IMG/VR virus record: IMGVR_UViG_2579778634_000020
DNA length: 46,724 bases
Reading direction: 5' to 3' (one strand)
Source: a virus
Taxonomy: Duplodnaviria > Heunggongvirae > Uroviricota > Caudoviricetes
Shown: positions 1 through 9,818 of the stretch, piece after piece
How the letters are laid out: each line of letters starts with the position of its first letter
How positions within the stretch are numbered: position 1 is the first letter of the stretch
Position numbers and translations under genes: made by a program
Notes under the pieces: generated by a model
Database searches by the model: none
Seen by the model: the letters and a program-made list of their open reading frames with translations, nothing else
Told to the model about the DNA's origin: nothing

Positions 1-7
1 CACTAAC

Positions 8-33
8 GCCCGCACATTGCTGCGGGCTTTTTG
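8..33 (+). terminator. Rho-independent terminator hairpin at the left edge of the window
   Basis: GCCCGCA (8-14), 6-nt loop, TGCGGGC (21-27), then TTTTT (28-32). Would terminate a plus-strand transcript entering from outside the window. Confidence 0.55.
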
Positions 34-330
34 ATTCATTTCGCAAATGTGCTGACATTTTCCCCTCTAATCCGTACCATACACGCCACAGTTTTTTATA
101 TCAGATTTCTTATGCTGGGCGTTCCGGCATGACGCATACTCTTCTGATGCCATATAACGAATTGAGTCGCTTTTAATGTCGCAAAATCAAGAAATTAGTA
201 AGAAAGAACAATACAACCTGAACAAGTAAGGGCAAAAATCACAACCATCTGACACATAAAGATTTTATTTATTTTTCAAAACGTTAAACAATATCAGCGA
301 CTACAATAACCTACGATAACCCACTCTTTT

Positions 331-377
331 TTTGCCCCATTTTTGCCCCTTTTGCAGCGTTTTGCCCCATTTTTGCC
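331..377. repeat. Direct repeat, 2 x TTTGCCCCATTTTTGCC, 30 bp apart
   Basis: Identical 17-mers at 331-347 and 361-377, with a partial third copy TTTTGCCCC at 341-349; adjacent direct repeats CTACAATAAC / CTACGATAAC at 301-320. Non-coding, just beyond the tail-fibre end of the prophage. Confidence 0.5.
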
Positions 378-502
378 ACCACAAAAAATCCTAAACCACA
401 CAAATCTAAAACCTACAAATTGCCCCCTTGGATACTTTTCAATAGAATCTGTTCCGGCTGGAAATCATTCAATACTCGCACTATCGAAAGTTATCCAGCC
501 AA

Positions 503-546
503 CCGCAGCACGTCCTGCATACGTCGTGTCTGCGGTTTTTCTTTTT
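503..546 (+). terminator. Plus-strand terminator-like hairpin at the prophage boundary
   Basis: CCGCAG (503-508) pairs with CTGCGG (530-535), inner CACG/CGTG pairing, followed by TTTTT CTTTTT (536-546). Oriented to stop transcription entering the prophage from the left. Confidence 0.45.
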
Positions 547-549
547 CGC

Positions 550-732
550 TTACATTGTGTCTGGTTCTTCCGGCCACTCAATATCAGGTGCAGTTGATGT
601 ATCAACACGGTTCAACAACACCCGATACTTTTTCCATGCGGCCAGTAACGCTTTCTCTTCCTCCGTTGCGATTTCCAGCTCAACAACAGTCTGAACGTAC
701 CGGGAACAGCCTCCTTCAGAGCTTGAAGGATA
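550..732 (-). pseudogene. 3' remnant of a tail fibre assembly (Tfa) gene, no start codon, in frame directly behind the stf stop
   Basis: Minus-strand frame after the stf TGA stop reads [60 protein letters not shown] then TAA at 550-552. The ...[33 protein letters not shown]... block matches the conserved C-terminus of lambda-type Tfa as I recall it. No ATG or GTG precedes it. Confidence 0.55.
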
Positions 733-3222
733 TCAATGTTCGCTTCCTGTTAACTGCCGGACAAGTGCAACCAGTTCGCTTACCTGATTTTCCAGAGTGC
801 TGATCCGGGTGTCTGCTGTTGCCAGATTTTCACGTAGCGTTGTGTTTTCCTCTTCCAGCGCGGTAACGCGATCATCTGTTTCACGGGCGACCTGAACAAG
901 TAAACCCGTCACGGCGGCGTAGTCAACATTAAGATAGCGCGTTTCTTCGCGTAGCTCGTTGCCGTCAACGGTCGGACCTTGTAACGCTTCACCGTAATGA
1001 GTAAACGATCCCACAGCTTCCGGTAGCGCCTCCATTACCTCCTGAGCGATAACGCCAGCGTAAGGTAGTCCGTTTTCCTTAAGGGTATAAGTGTACCCGT
1101 TCATTTTGCGGATGGCTTCAGTTGCATCACCTATAACCTGAATGTTGTCCTTCAGATCACGATCAGATGATTGGTTTATCGTTTCGCATGTAATGTGACC
1201 AGACGCTTTAAGATTTTTTACATCAAGTCTGTCGTTTGCAAAATTATATGAAATTGCGGTGCTGGTGCTTCCGGCATCATCATAATCGCTTTTATGAATA
1301 AACCAGTTTCCACCATTAGCAATGAGAGTATAAGTAGGCGTGTTAGCCGGGCGATCTGTTTCATTAAATCTTATTGCTGGGTTAGCGCTCCTTATTTGTA
1401 AAGGTTTTTCAACCGTGGATTTCAGTATCGCACTATCTACAATTAAATTACCTTCTGAGTTAATGTTTAGATATTTTGAAGCACCAGTTGAACCATCGTA
1501 TGTAAACCTTATTGTTAATTGACCTGGCTCATTTGATAAAGTCTCAACATACATATCAGCACCAAGACGCACAGTGCTGTCAGTTGCTAACAGTCTTGTA
1601 TGGAGAATACCACTAGATGTGTATGTATTGGTCGAATCACTATATCTATCAAGAAATAGACTGTTAAGTTGAGGGCTATTGCTCCTGCCTAATCCAAGAT
1701 TCGTTCTGGCACCATCAATAGTTGCCGCACCAGTACCTCCGGCCGCGATCGAAAGCGGAATCCATTCGCTATTCTCTGCATCGTAATAACCCCATGTTCC
1801 TGAATCGTAGATACTAAAAAATTTGCTTGCATTTTGACAATATACGCGTGTATTACCTGTTAGTTGAGTAAGCCTGTCCACTTCATCTTTTCTTGCGTGA
1901 CGCGTCCACTGCGGGCCTATTGTCGGATTCCAGCGATAAGTATAAAGCGAGCGCGTAGCCCATCCCTGAAATACACCTGTATACGCTGGTGTTCCATCTA
2001 CCTGACTAATAAACCCCGTAAGACTGCTTTCACCGGATGCAATCGATGGAAAGCCTTTTGCATTACTCATAATGCGCATAAATCCGATATACCCTGATGG
2101 GTTGCCGGAAATATCAGGACAATCACGCGGGGCTGAGCCAAGACCGATATTATCGCCAACAATTACTTGCGCCTGGTTGCGATAATTAAGTGCGTCCGCT
2201 GCAGATTTCGCCGCGTTTGTTTCACTGGATTTAGCATTAGTTTCGCTGGCTTTAGCGTTTGTTTCGCTGCTCTTTGCTGCTGCCTCGCTATTTTTCGCGT
2301 TGGTTTCTGATTTTTTGGCTGCTGTCGCGGAGTTTGCCGATGCAGTTTGTGAGGCCGCTGCCGCCTGTGCGCTGTTATCCGCATTCGTCTCAGACGTTTT
2401 TGCGGCCTTCGCGGAATTTCCTGCCGCCGTTGCCGAGGAAGCTGCACTACTGGCACTTGATGATGCGTTCGTTTCTGATGATTTCGCTGCCTCTTTTGAG
2501 GCCGCCGCATCCCGGGCTGAGGTGGCAGCTTCTGACGCTTTCGTGGTCGCGGTGGATGCAGAAGTGGCTGCAGATTTTTGTGACGCTGCAGCATTCGTTT
2601 CTGACGTTTTCGCCGCACCGGCACTGGTAGCCGCCGCGCTTTTTGAGGACTCTGCAGCGGCAGCACTTTTTGATGCTTCAGTAGCCTTTGTTGATGCCGT
2701 TCCTGCGCTGGAAGACGCTGACTGAGCCGACGTCGCGGCCTGCCCGGCTGATGTGCTGGCTGCACGTGCTGAGCCTGCAGCATCAGTCGCATGGGTTGCC
2801 GCCTCACGGGCTGATGTGCCGGCATCGCTGGCTGACTTCTTCGCGGCTGCCGTGTTCTGTTCCACTGCGGACGCGTTACGCGCCACCTCTTCCACCATCA
2901 GTTCAAAGCGGCGCAGTGCCTCCGGACGGGCATCATCCTCCGTCATGGCACCGAGAAAATCATTCAGTGTGCCCGGCTTTGAGTCCTCATATACGGTGAT
3001 AATCCCGGCGTGTGACGGCGGGAATCCCTCCACCAACAGACTGACGCTGTACTGACCATACTCGACGTCCATTGTGTAACGCCCGGCTTCATCCGGGTTT
3101 TCTGAGGCCACTGTGTTCACCACCACCGTGGTGCTGTTGCGCCTGGCCTTTAGCTGAATGGTGCAGTTTTGTATCGGCTTACCTGCGCCATCTTTCAGTA
3201 CACCTGAAATCCGTACTGCCAT
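733..3222 (-). CDS. stf: Side tail fibre protein: lambda Stf-like N-terminus, Ala/Ser/Thr-rich repeat shaft, C-terminal intramolecular-chaperone-like domain
   Basis: 829-aa ORF. N-terminus MAVRISGVLKDGAGKPIQNCTIQLKA...VYEDSKPGTLNDFLGAMTEDDARPEALRRFELMVEEVARNA is lambda Stf/StfR-like from memory. The C-terminal ~130 aa (NGYTYTLKENGLPYAGVIAQEV...LENQVSELVALVRQLTGSEH) resembles the self-cleaving chaperone domains (peptidase S74 type) of endosialidase and T5-type fibres. RBS GGGGGG upstream. Confidence 0.9.
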   Translation of the reverse strand: MAVRISGVLKDGAGKPIQNCTIQLKARRNSTTVVVNTVASENPDEAGRYTMDVEYGQYSVSLLVEGFPPSHAGIITVYEDSKPGTLNDFLGAMTEDDARPEALRRFELMVEEVARNASAVEQNTAAAKKSASDAGTSAREAATHATDAAGSARAASTSAGQAATSAQSASSSAGTASTKATEASKSAAAAESSKSAAATSAGAAKTSETNAAASQKSAATSASTATTKASEAATSARDAAASKEAAKSSETNASSSASSAASSATAAGNSAKAAKTSETNADNSAQAAAASQTASANSATAAKKSETNAKNSEAAAKSSETNAKASETNAKSSETNAAKSAADALNYRNQAQVIVGDNIGLGSAPRDCPDISGNPSGYIGFMRIMSNAKGFPSIASGESSLTGFISQVDGTPAYTGVFQGWATRSLYTYRWNPTIGPQWTRHARKDEVDRLTQLTGNTRVYCQNASKFFSIYDSGTWGYYDAENSEWIPLSIAAGGTGAATIDGARTNLGLGRSNSPQLNSLFLDRYSDSTNTYTSSGILHTRLLATDSTVRLGADMYVETLSNEPGQLTIRFTYDGSTGASKYLNINSEGNLIVDSAILKSTVEKPLQIRSANPAIRFNETDRPANTPTYTLIANGGNWFIHKSDYDDAGSTSTAISYNFANDRLDVKNLKASGHITCETINQSSDRDLKDNIQVIGDATEAIRKMNGYTYTLKENGLPYAGVIAQEVMEALPEAVGSFTHYGEALQGPTVDGNELREETRYLNVDYAAVTGLLVQVARETDDRVTALEEENTTLRENLATADTRISTLENQVSELVALVRQLTGSEH
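2200..2850. repeat. Low-complexity coding repeat region inside stf (K/A-SETNA and ASxxAxT units)
   Basis: The protein here is an almost pure A/S/T/K/E repeat (…KTSETNAAAS…KSSETNASSS…KTSETNADNS…KKSETNAKNS…KSSETNAKASETNAKSSETNAAKS…). The DNA is repetitive and GC-rich, which explains several spurious overlapping ORFs on both strands. Confidence 0.7.
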
Positions 3223-3231
3223 ATTCCCCCC

Positions 3232-3259
3232 ACAAAAAAGCCCGCCTGAACCGGCGGGC
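3232..3259 (-). terminator. Rho-independent terminator downstream of lom, abutting the stf ribosome binding site
   Basis: On the minus strand GCCCGCC (3259-3253), loop, GGCGGGC (3246-3240), then TTTTTTGTGGGGGG, immediately followed by the stf start at 3222. Confidence 0.6.
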
Positions 3260-3286
3260 TGTCATAACACTGTGTTACCTGGCTAA

Positions 3287-3886
3287 TCAGAATTTATAAC
3301 CGACACCAACGATGAAACTGTTGGTACGCCAGTCACCGCTGCCGGAGCCTTCATAAGCGACGTCAACGGCCACGGATTCGGTCGGGTTAAACTGCACGCC
3401 AGCTCCCCACGCCAGAGACGTGTTGCTGTGGCGACCGTCATCACTTCCGGTCAGCACATCGTGCGTTTTCCCCTTGTTGTCAGTTACGCGGATATAATCC
3501 CCGGAGAAAGTCGACACACGGCTGTAAGCCATACCCGCCATCGCATACGCGCTGAACCATTCATTCACGCGCACAGACGGCCCCGCCATCACGCTGAACC
3601 AGCGATTACGCACGGAATCCTCATGCCAGCGGGTATCGCTGTAATGCGTTTTTTGCTCATCTTCAGCGTTGGCATAACTGAATGACGTAATCAGCCCCAG
3701 CGTGTCCGTAAACTCATAACGGTATTTCACGTTAATCCCGTTCAGATTATCGCTGCCGGGAGCGTTCGTACGGGCATGAAGATACCCTGCGCTCAGTGTG
3801 GCCTGCTGCTCAGACGCCCATGCAGGCGCACCGGATACGGCCAGACAGATGGCTGCGGACAAAATGGCTGCACAAACTTTACGCAT
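3287..3886 (-). CDS. lom: Lom-like outer membrane beta-barrel protein (Ail/Lom/PagC family), prophage cargo
   Basis: 199 aa with an N-terminal signal peptide (MRKVCAAILSAAICLAVSGAPAWA). Lambda Lom signature motifs recalled: GINVKYRYE, VMAGP, AYAMAG, and the C-terminal VDVAYEGSGSGDWRTNSFIVGVGYKF. RBS GAGAGG. Flanked by terminators on both sides. Confidence 0.9.
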   Translation of the reverse strand: MRKVCAAILSAAICLAVSGAPAWASEQQATLSAGYLHARTNAPGSDNLNGINVKYRYEFTDTLGLITSFSYANAEDEQKTHYSDTRWHEDSVRNRWFSVMAGPSVRVNEWFSAYAMAGMAYSRVSTFSGDYIRVTDNKGKTHDVLTGSDDGRHSNTSLAWGAGVQFNPTESVAVDVAYEGSGSGDWRTNSFIVGVGYKF

Positions 3887-3908
3887 AATTACCTCTCGCT
3901 TTTCTGCA

Positions 3909-3934
3909 ATAAAAAAGGCGCCATTTCTGGCGCC
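3909..3934 (-). terminator. Rho-independent terminator downstream of J
   Basis: GGCGCCA-TTTC-TGGCGCC perfect hairpin (3917-3934) followed on the minus strand by TTTTTT (complement of 3911-3916). Confidence 0.6.
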
Positions 3935-3953
3935 CGTATATGGGTTATAAAAT

Positions 3954-6900
3954 TCAGCTGATACTGATGCCTGCGGTGGCTTTCTTCATCACCACAACCA
4001 GCAAATCGCTGATACTTGCTGTGGGATACCAGTCATTTACCAGCCATGCTGACACCGAAAACTCCAGCGTCGTGTGACCGTGACCGGCAGGCATATCAAT
4101 AACGCCACTGTAAATCAGCGTATTATCCAGCGCGGTACGGTTATAAATTTCAGCACCGTTTTTCCGCACTATCAGACGGCATGAGGAGTAAATATCAGTA
4201 TGCTCTCTCTCATGTTTAGCGCCGCTGAATGCCACCGCCGGAATAACAATCTGCCGGTCAAACGGCTGATCGTCATAAATCCTGACGGTAATGGTCCCTG
4301 ATGGCCACCGCTCCGGTGCCCGGGAGTCCCGCGGGAAAGCCTTACCCACTGTTTTGACAATATCGCCTTCAATCTGGTTGGCTGACAGTTTCCCTTTAAT
4401 CTGACAGTTCTCATTTATCGTAACGTTGTTGAGCGTCCCGGCGTTCGCATTCACACTGCCACTGATATCCGCATTTTTAGCGGTCAGCTTTCCGTCCGGT
4501 GTCAGGGAAAAGGCCGGAGGATTGCCGCCGCTGGTAATGGTGGGGGCCGTCAGGCGCTTCAGGAACACTTCATTCATGAATATCTGATCACCCTGACCAA
4601 CAAACATCGGTTTTGTGTTGCCATTCGCAGGATTAATCATCGCAATCCTGTCTGCCGCCAGCAGCACCTGACTCTGCATGCCGTCAGGGGTGTTCTCAAT
4701 ACCGGCACCAATACCCGCGATATAAAGGCGTCCGTCCTGCATCTGCTGCAGCTTCACAGCCCACATGCTGTTCAGGTTATTATTTGTATCAACCTGAACC
4801 TTCTGTATCTGCTGAATTGCAGCACTCTGGTCTTCCAGTTTCTTATTGACGGTCTGCGTGATTTCATTGCTGACATCCGTAATGGACGTCCTGATTTCAG
4901 CCAGGTCAGGCGCAAGCTGACCGTTATCAATCTGCGTCCACAGCTCCTGAGCCAGATGGGTTTTCCCTATCTCGCCTTTGAAAAAATCCAGATAACCGGA
5001 TGCATCATCACTCGGCTGACCAACAGCCTCCACGAATGCCGATTTGCCAACGGTGTTCACACTGCGGATATAAAAGTAATAATCATGGCCCGGTTTGATA
5101 TTGATACTGGCGGCTATCCAGTACAGCGCCGTACCAAGATAGCGTGCTGTGGTTTCAACCTGCCTGATATCCGCAATCCGCTTTTCCGAGAACCAGAACT
5201 CAAACTGTACCGTCGGATCATAAACCGCAAGATGCGGCGTGGCGGTTATCTGAAAATAGCCCGGTGTCAGCTCAATCCGAGACGGCGCTGCCGGTGCGGC
5301 AATCCGGAACGATACCGATGCCGGATCGCCCTGCTGTCCCCACGCATTTACCGCCCGGACTGTCAGCCTGTAGTTCCCCAGCGCCAGTTGCGTGAAGCGG
5401 TATGTAGTTTCCGTCGTCCGGGCCGTGCTGACCAGCCGCTCACTGCCGTCATCCGCTGCCACGGTCAGGCGAAGCATAAAGCTCACCCCCTTCACCACCT
5501 TCGGCGTGTCCCAGCGCGCCAGCACCTGATATTCCCCGCTGTCTGCGGTGACTTCGGCAGTCAGGTGCTGCACCGCTGGCGGCGTGACACCATTCACCGT
5601 GCCGCTCTGGTCGCCGTCAAAGTGCGCCCCGTTATCCACGATGGCCTCTTTTTCCGGCACATGCTGCACGGCGGTGATGGCATACGTGCCGTCGTCGTTC
5701 TCACGGATACTCACGCAGCGAAACAGTCGCTGGCGCAGCGTCGGCAGCTTCAGCCCCCATACGCTGTATTCAGCAACACCGTCAGGAACACGGCTCACTT
5801 TTACCTTCACGCCGTCGGTGGCGGACTGGACCTCCACGCTGACCGGATTGCCATTTCCGTCAACCAGGCTTATCAGCGTGGTACCGGAGGATGGCAGCGT
5901 GATTTCACGGTCGAGCGTCAGCGTCCGGGTCTGGCTGTTCACCGCCAGCACGCGCCCACCGGTGCTGATACCCGCATAGTCATCATCACAGATTTCAATG
6001 ACATCGCCCGGCACATGGCGAAGCCCTTCTGCGCCCACGCTGAAGTCCACGGTCTGCGTTTCCAGCAGTTCTGTTTTAATCAGCCACAGCCCGGCGCGGT
6101 GTGCCTGCCCCCGGCTGGTACAGCCAAAGGCATCCATCTTCGTGACATTACGACCATAACGGGCAATGGCCTGCGTATCTTCAACAAGCTCTGTCGCCGT
6201 CTCCCAGCCGTTGTCCGGGTCAATCCAGTTCACCTCAACGGCATTATGGCGGACCTTCAGGGCGCTGAAACTGTAGCGGAACGGCGCGCCATCATCCGGC
6301 ATCACCACATTACTGCGGTTATAGGTCCACACCTTATCCGACGGCCGGTCCTGCACGAACGTCAGCGTCTGCCCGTTCCATACCGGCATACAGCGCATCG
6401 CCGAGCAGAAATCACTGAGCACATCCCACGCCTTACGCTGTGTGGTCAGCCAGGCATTACAGGTGATGCGCGGCTCCGTGCCGCCAAAGCCGTCCGGCAC
6501 CGACTGGTCGCAGTACTGGCCGATGACATACAGCGCCCATTTATCCACATCCGCCGCACCAAGACGTTTCCCCATGCCGTAGCGCGGGTGGGTCAGCATA
6601 TCCCACAGACACCATGCCATGTTGTTGCTGTATGCTGGCTTAAACGTTCCGTCCCAGATACCGCTGTATTGCCGCGTCTGCGGGTTATAGTTCGACGGCA
6701 CCTGCAGAATGCGCCCGCGAAGATGATAATTACGGCTCACCTGCTGGCTGCCGAACTGCTCCGAGTCCACCTGTACGCCGACCAGTGCCGTGTTCGGGTA
6801 GCACTGTTTCACATCGATGATTTCGGTGTATGACGACCAGAGCGTTTTGTTCTGCAGCTGGTCTGTGGTGCTGTCCGGCGTCATCCTGCGCATCCGGATG

Positions 6901-7433
6901 TTGAACGGGCGCGGCGGCAGGTTACCCACCACCACCGAGGCCAGATACTGCGAGGTGGTTTTGCCCTTAATGGTGATGTCTTTTTCCGTCACCCAGCCAC
7001 CGTTACGTTGTATCTGAACCAGCAGGCGGACTTCCGACGGATTCCGGTCCCCCTTTGAGGTGGTTTCCACCAGTGCCTGCACACCGAAGGTAAAGCGCAG
7101 TCGGTCGATGTTTGCCGACGTGATGGCGCGGGTGATCGGCGTGTCGTATTTCACTTCCGTACCCAGCACCGTCTCGGAGCCGGAGGATTCAAATCCCTCC
7201 GGCGGAGTCTGCTCCTGCTCACCAGCCCGGAACACCACCGTGACACCGGCGATGTTGGTATTCCCCTCACTGTCCAGCACCGGCGTACTGTTCAGCAGCA
7301 CGCTTTTTAATCCATCCACCGGACCTTCAATCGGCCCTTCACTGATGGCATCAATCACACTCAGCAACTGCGTGGATTTCAGGTTGTCCTTCGCTTCACG
7401 CGGGGTATGCCCCTTACTGCTGCCTTTACCCAT
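3954..7433 (-). CDS. J: Tail tip / central fibre host-specificity protein J
   Basis: 1159 aa, collinear with and similar to lambda J over the N-terminal and central parts (…[45 protein letters not shown]…). Sits downstream of I-K-L-M in the lambda order. Confidence 0.95.
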   Translation of the reverse strand: MGKGSSKGHTPREAKDNLKSTQLLSVIDAISEGPIEGPVDGLKSVLLNSTPVLDSEGNTNIAGVTVVFRAGEQEQTPPEGFESSGSETVLGTEVKYDTPITRAITSANIDRLRFTFGVQALVETTSKGDRNPSEVRLLVQIQRNGGWVTEKDITIKGKTTSQYLASVVVGNLPPRPFNIRMRRMTPDSTTDQLQNKTLWSSYTEIIDVKQCYPNTALVGVQVDSEQFGSQQVSRNYHLRGRILQVPSNYNPQTRQYSGIWDGTFKPAYSNNMAWCLWDMLTHPRYGMGKRLGAADVDKWALYVIGQYCDQSVPDGFGGTEPRITCNAWLTTQRKAWDVLSDFCSAMRCMPVWNGQTLTFVQDRPSDKVWTYNRSNVVMPDDGAPFRYSFSALKVRHNAVEVNWIDPDNGWETATELVEDTQAIARYGRNVTKMDAFGCTSRGQAHRAGLWLIKTELLETQTVDFSVGAEGLRHVPGDVIEICDDDYAGISTGGRVLAVNSQTRTLTLDREITLPSSGTTLISLVDGNGNPVSVEVQSATDGVKVKVSRVPDGVAEYSVWGLKLPTLRQRLFRCVSIRENDDGTYAITAVQHVPEKEAIVDNGAHFDGDQSGTVNGVTPPAVQHLTAEVTADSGEYQVLARWDTPKVVKGVSFMLRLTVAADDGSERLVSTARTTETTYRFTQLALGNYRLTVRAVNAWGQQGDPASVSFRIAAPAAPSRIELTPGYFQITATPHLAVYDPTVQFEFWFSEKRIADIRQVETTARYLGTALYWIAASINIKPGHDYYFYIRSVNTVGKSAFVEAVGQPSDDASGYLDFFKGEIGKTHLAQELWTQIDNGQLAPDLAEIRTSITDVSNEITQTVNKKLEDQSAAIQQIQKVQVDTNNNLNSMWAVKLQQMQDGRLYIAGIGAGIENTPDGMQSQVLLAADRIAMINPANGNTKPMFVGQGDQIFMNEVFLKRLTAPTITSGGNPPAFSLTPDGKLTAKNADISGSVNANAGTLNNVTINENCQIKGKLSANQIEGDIVKTVGKAFPRDSRAPERWPSGTITVRIYDDQPFDRQIVIPAVAFSGAKHEREHTDIYSSCRLIVRKNGAEIYNRTALDNTLIYSGVIDMPAGHGHTTLEFSVSAWLVNDWYPTASISDLLVVVMKKATAGISIS

Positions 7434-7493
7434 TCGTCACGCTCCATAAACGACAAAACCGCCCGCAGGCGGTTTCACATAAAACGTTTTTCA

Positions 7494-8135
7494 TCAGCGA
7501 CCAATCACCACAACCTGACCACCATCACCTTCATCTGCTGTGCTGATCTCCTGAGATACCACCCGCGACCCCACACGCATTTCACCGTACAGAACGGGCA
7601 GGACATTGCCCTGGGCAACCATATTATCCAGTGAAGAAAAATAGGTGTTCTGTTTGCCGTTATCCGTTGTCTGTGTGCGGGGGGTTTTGGGTTTAGGGGC
7701 CAGCATCTGTGCAACACCGCCAAGCGTCATACTGGCACCGAGAGAAAACAGCAGATTACTCGCCATAATTCCTACCCCCGGCATCCATATAGCAACCGCC
7801 ATAACAGCCGCCCCCAGCACAGCCTGAAACACACCGCCACTTTTGGCTCCTGCCAGACGCGGCACGATATGGATCACAGCACCATTTGCCAGCGGTTCAT
7901 TAAGACGGGCTGATAATTCCGTTTCACCTGTATCACGCCCGGCAATGCGTATCTGATACCAGCCGTCGCTCAGCTTCTGACGAAACGCCGGGATCTGCAT
8001 GGCCAGCGCCCGGATGGCTTCAGCCCCCGTTTTTACACGAAGGTCGATGCGGCGGCCAAATCGTTGTAAATCCCCGTAAAGGCAGATGCGCGCCATGCCC
8101 GGTGACGCCAGAGGGAGTGTGTGCGTCGCTGCCAT
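7494..8135 (-). CDS. I: Tail assembly protein I
   Basis: 213 aa. Position and 103-nt overlap with the upstream K ORF, plus a 60-nt gap before J, match the lambda K-I-J arrangement. Confidence 0.85.
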   Translation of the reverse strand: MAATHTLPLASPGMARICLYGDLQRFGRRIDLRVKTGAEAIRALAMQIPAFRQKLSDGWYQIRIAGRDTGETELSARLNEPLANGAVIHIVPRLAGAKSGGVFQAVLGAAVMAVAIWMPGVGIMASNLLFSLGASMTLGGVAQMLAPKPKTPRTQTTDNGKQNTYFSSLDNMVAQGNVLPVLYGEMRVGSRVVSQEISTADEGDGGQVVVIGR

Positions 8136-8776
8136 TTGTCGGTATACCTCTCTCGTTTGCTCAGTTGTTCAGGAATATGGTGCAGCAGCTCGCCATCACC
8201 ACAGTAAATGGCGGCATGATTCGGCACCGATGAACCAAAACAGCACAGCAGTACATCGCCCGGCTGCGCCGCTGACAACGGCACCTGATACAGCCCCGTT
8301 GCCTCCAGATTATCCAGATAGAGATTCTGGCCGTTACGCCACCAGCCATCCTCACGATGAAAATCCGGCATCTCAATCCCCGCCAGATGATAAGCATCCC
8401 GGAACAGCGTGTAACAGTCCGTCACCCCGTGCTCAAAGCGCCGCCCGGTGAGATGCGGCACACAGCGGAACTTATGAATCGCCCCCCGGCAGACCAGCCA
8501 CCACGGCAAATCACTCTGCACCTGCAGCCGCCGGTCAGCCTCACTCAGCCAGGGCAGACCACCGGGGTGGCTGTGGACCAGCGCCACAATCTCACCCTGC
8601 ATTTCTGCCCGCAGCCAGTCCTCCGGAGCCATCCGGAAATAATCCTCCGGCTCACCGGAAATATTCACGCAGGGATAATATCTTTCTCCCTCCGGCGTTC
8701 TCACCACGAAGCCGCACGACTCCGCTGGCGCACATCGCCGGGCGTGCGCCAGAATCGCTGATTCTGTCTCTGTCAT
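8033..8776 (-). CDS. K: Tail assembly protein K (MPN/JAB plus NlpC/P60-like)
   Basis: 247-aa ORF (MTETESAILAHARRCAPAESCGFVV…HSHPGG…CYTLFRDAYH…). HSHPGG is a JAMM-like motif and the Cys/His pair fits an NlpC/P60-like fold. Between L and I as in lambda. Confidence 0.85.
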   Translation of the reverse strand: MTETESAILAHARRCAPAESCGFVVRTPEGERYYPCVNISGEPEDYFRMAPEDWLRAEMQGEIVALVHSHPGGLPWLSEADRRLQVQSDLPWWLVCRGAIHKFRCVPHLTGRRFEHGVTDCYTLFRDAYHLAGIEMPDFHREDGWWRNGQNLYLDNLEATGLYQVPLSAAQPGDVLLCCFGSSVPNHAAIYCGDGELLHHIPEQLSKRERYTDKWQRRTHSLWRHRAWRASAFTGIYNDLAAASTFV

Positions 8777-8781
8777 GGGAT

Positions 8782-9480
8782 TTACTGCGAAAATTTGTTA
8801 ATGGAAAGGAAGCCGCCAAAGTTGCCGACGTTATTGCGGAACTTACATCCGCTCAGGCATTTGCTGCATTTATCCTTCGTGATATCGGACGTCGGCTGGT
8901 CATATTCATCCGCGACCGCCGGACCGTGATAACCGCACTCATCGCCGCGATAGGTCCAGGTGCAGGTGTTGGCCAGCATGATACGTCCCGGAAAAACGGC
9001 ACCATCCGTTTCAGTCGGAGTAGACAGCACAAAGGCCGCGCTAACCGCGTTCAGTTCGCTGCACTGCTCGATGCGCCAGCGGCTGATCACCTCCTGCTCC
9101 GGATCGGCTTCGCTGTTTCCGTTGATGAAGTTCACCGCATCCAGAAAACGGGCGTAGACCTTACGCCGGACCACTGTTCCGCCGACCAGACTCTGTAAAT
9201 CCTCCACCATCCCGGTGACCATGCCGTGCAGGTTAGATACTTTCAGTGTTGGCCTTGCACTGGCACCTTTGCCGTTCATCTCAAATCCACTCCCCTGAAT
9301 GGGATAGGCCTGATACTGCCGACTCTGCCAGGTGACAGACTCACCTTTTTCATTCTGCTCATTGCAGAAAAAGTAGCGATCCCCGCCTACCTCTGTCAGG
9401 TCGATTTCCCAGAGCACCACGCTGGCCGACTGCTCCGCCCGAATGCATTCATTCAGTGTTTCCTGTTGTATGTCCTGCAT
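8782..9480 (-). CDS. L: Minor tail protein L
   Basis: 232 aa, the same length as lambda L. Start overlaps the M stop as ATGA at 9480. Confidence 0.85.
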   Translation of the reverse strand: MQDIQQETLNECIRAEQSASVVLWEIDLTEVGGDRYFFCNEQNEKGESVTWQSRQYQAYPIQGSGFEMNGKGASARPTLKVSNLHGMVTGMVEDLQSLVGGTVVRRKVYARFLDAVNFINGNSEADPEQEVISRWRIEQCSELNAVSAAFVLSTPTETDGAVFPGRIMLANTCTWTYRGDECGYHGPAVADEYDQPTSDITKDKCSKCLSGCKFRNNVGNFGGFLSINKFSQ

Positions 9481-9818
9481 CAGATCACCACTTCGTCAAA
9501 CTGACACGAAAAATCGGTATAGGTGATATGTTCTGTCGCTGACCACGTTCGACACACCACTCTGATTTTTCTGTTAATACCCGGCGGGCGCCAAAAAAAA
9601 GATTTATAGCCTTCATGCCGGGCTAAAAATTTTTCAAATGAATCACGTTCATTCGCCTCAACTTTGAAATCACAGGTGAAAACGCGCAGAGAATGATTAA
9701 GTCCATTTGGACTTCGTTGCTCATAACCATCGCCAAATCTTACAATTTTTATCGATGGTTTATTTTCTGTTTTCATTCCATCCTCTGGTAACCAGTGAAA
9801 TTCTTCCGTATTAGCCAC
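9480..9818 (-). CDS. M: Minor tail protein M
   Basis: 112 aa; the …[16 protein letters not shown]…[16 protein letters not shown]… region resembles lambda M. True start may be the internal Met near 9776. Confidence 0.8.

Noticed and set aside
331-377. Direct repeats as a possible CRISPR array
   Set aside because: Only two full copies of a 17-bp unit with a 13-bp spacer and no cas genes; far too short.
343-803. Plus-strand ORFs 343-597 and 420-803
   Set aside because: They overlap the Tfa remnant and the stf 3' end on the opposite strand and the repeat-containing boundary region; no RBS and implausible composition.
2163-3055. Several overlapping ORFs on both strands (2163-2825 minus; 2259-2630, 2300-2725, 2688-2999, 2753-3055 plus)
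   Set aside because: All fall inside the repetitive Ala/Ser/Thr-coding part of stf; the repetitive GC-rich DNA keeps alternative frames open. Translations are low-complexity and have no independent support.
4956-6833. 625-aa plus-strand ORF
   Set aside because: Lies entirely antisense within the J gene; Arg/Pro/His-rich low-complexity translation typical of an open antisense frame in GC-rich coding DNA; no RBS context.
8033-8135. K/I 103-nt overlap as a possible second programmed frameshift
   Set aside because: The I ORF has its own ATG start and the overlap matches the ordinary K-I overlap of lambda; no slippery heptamer was seen.
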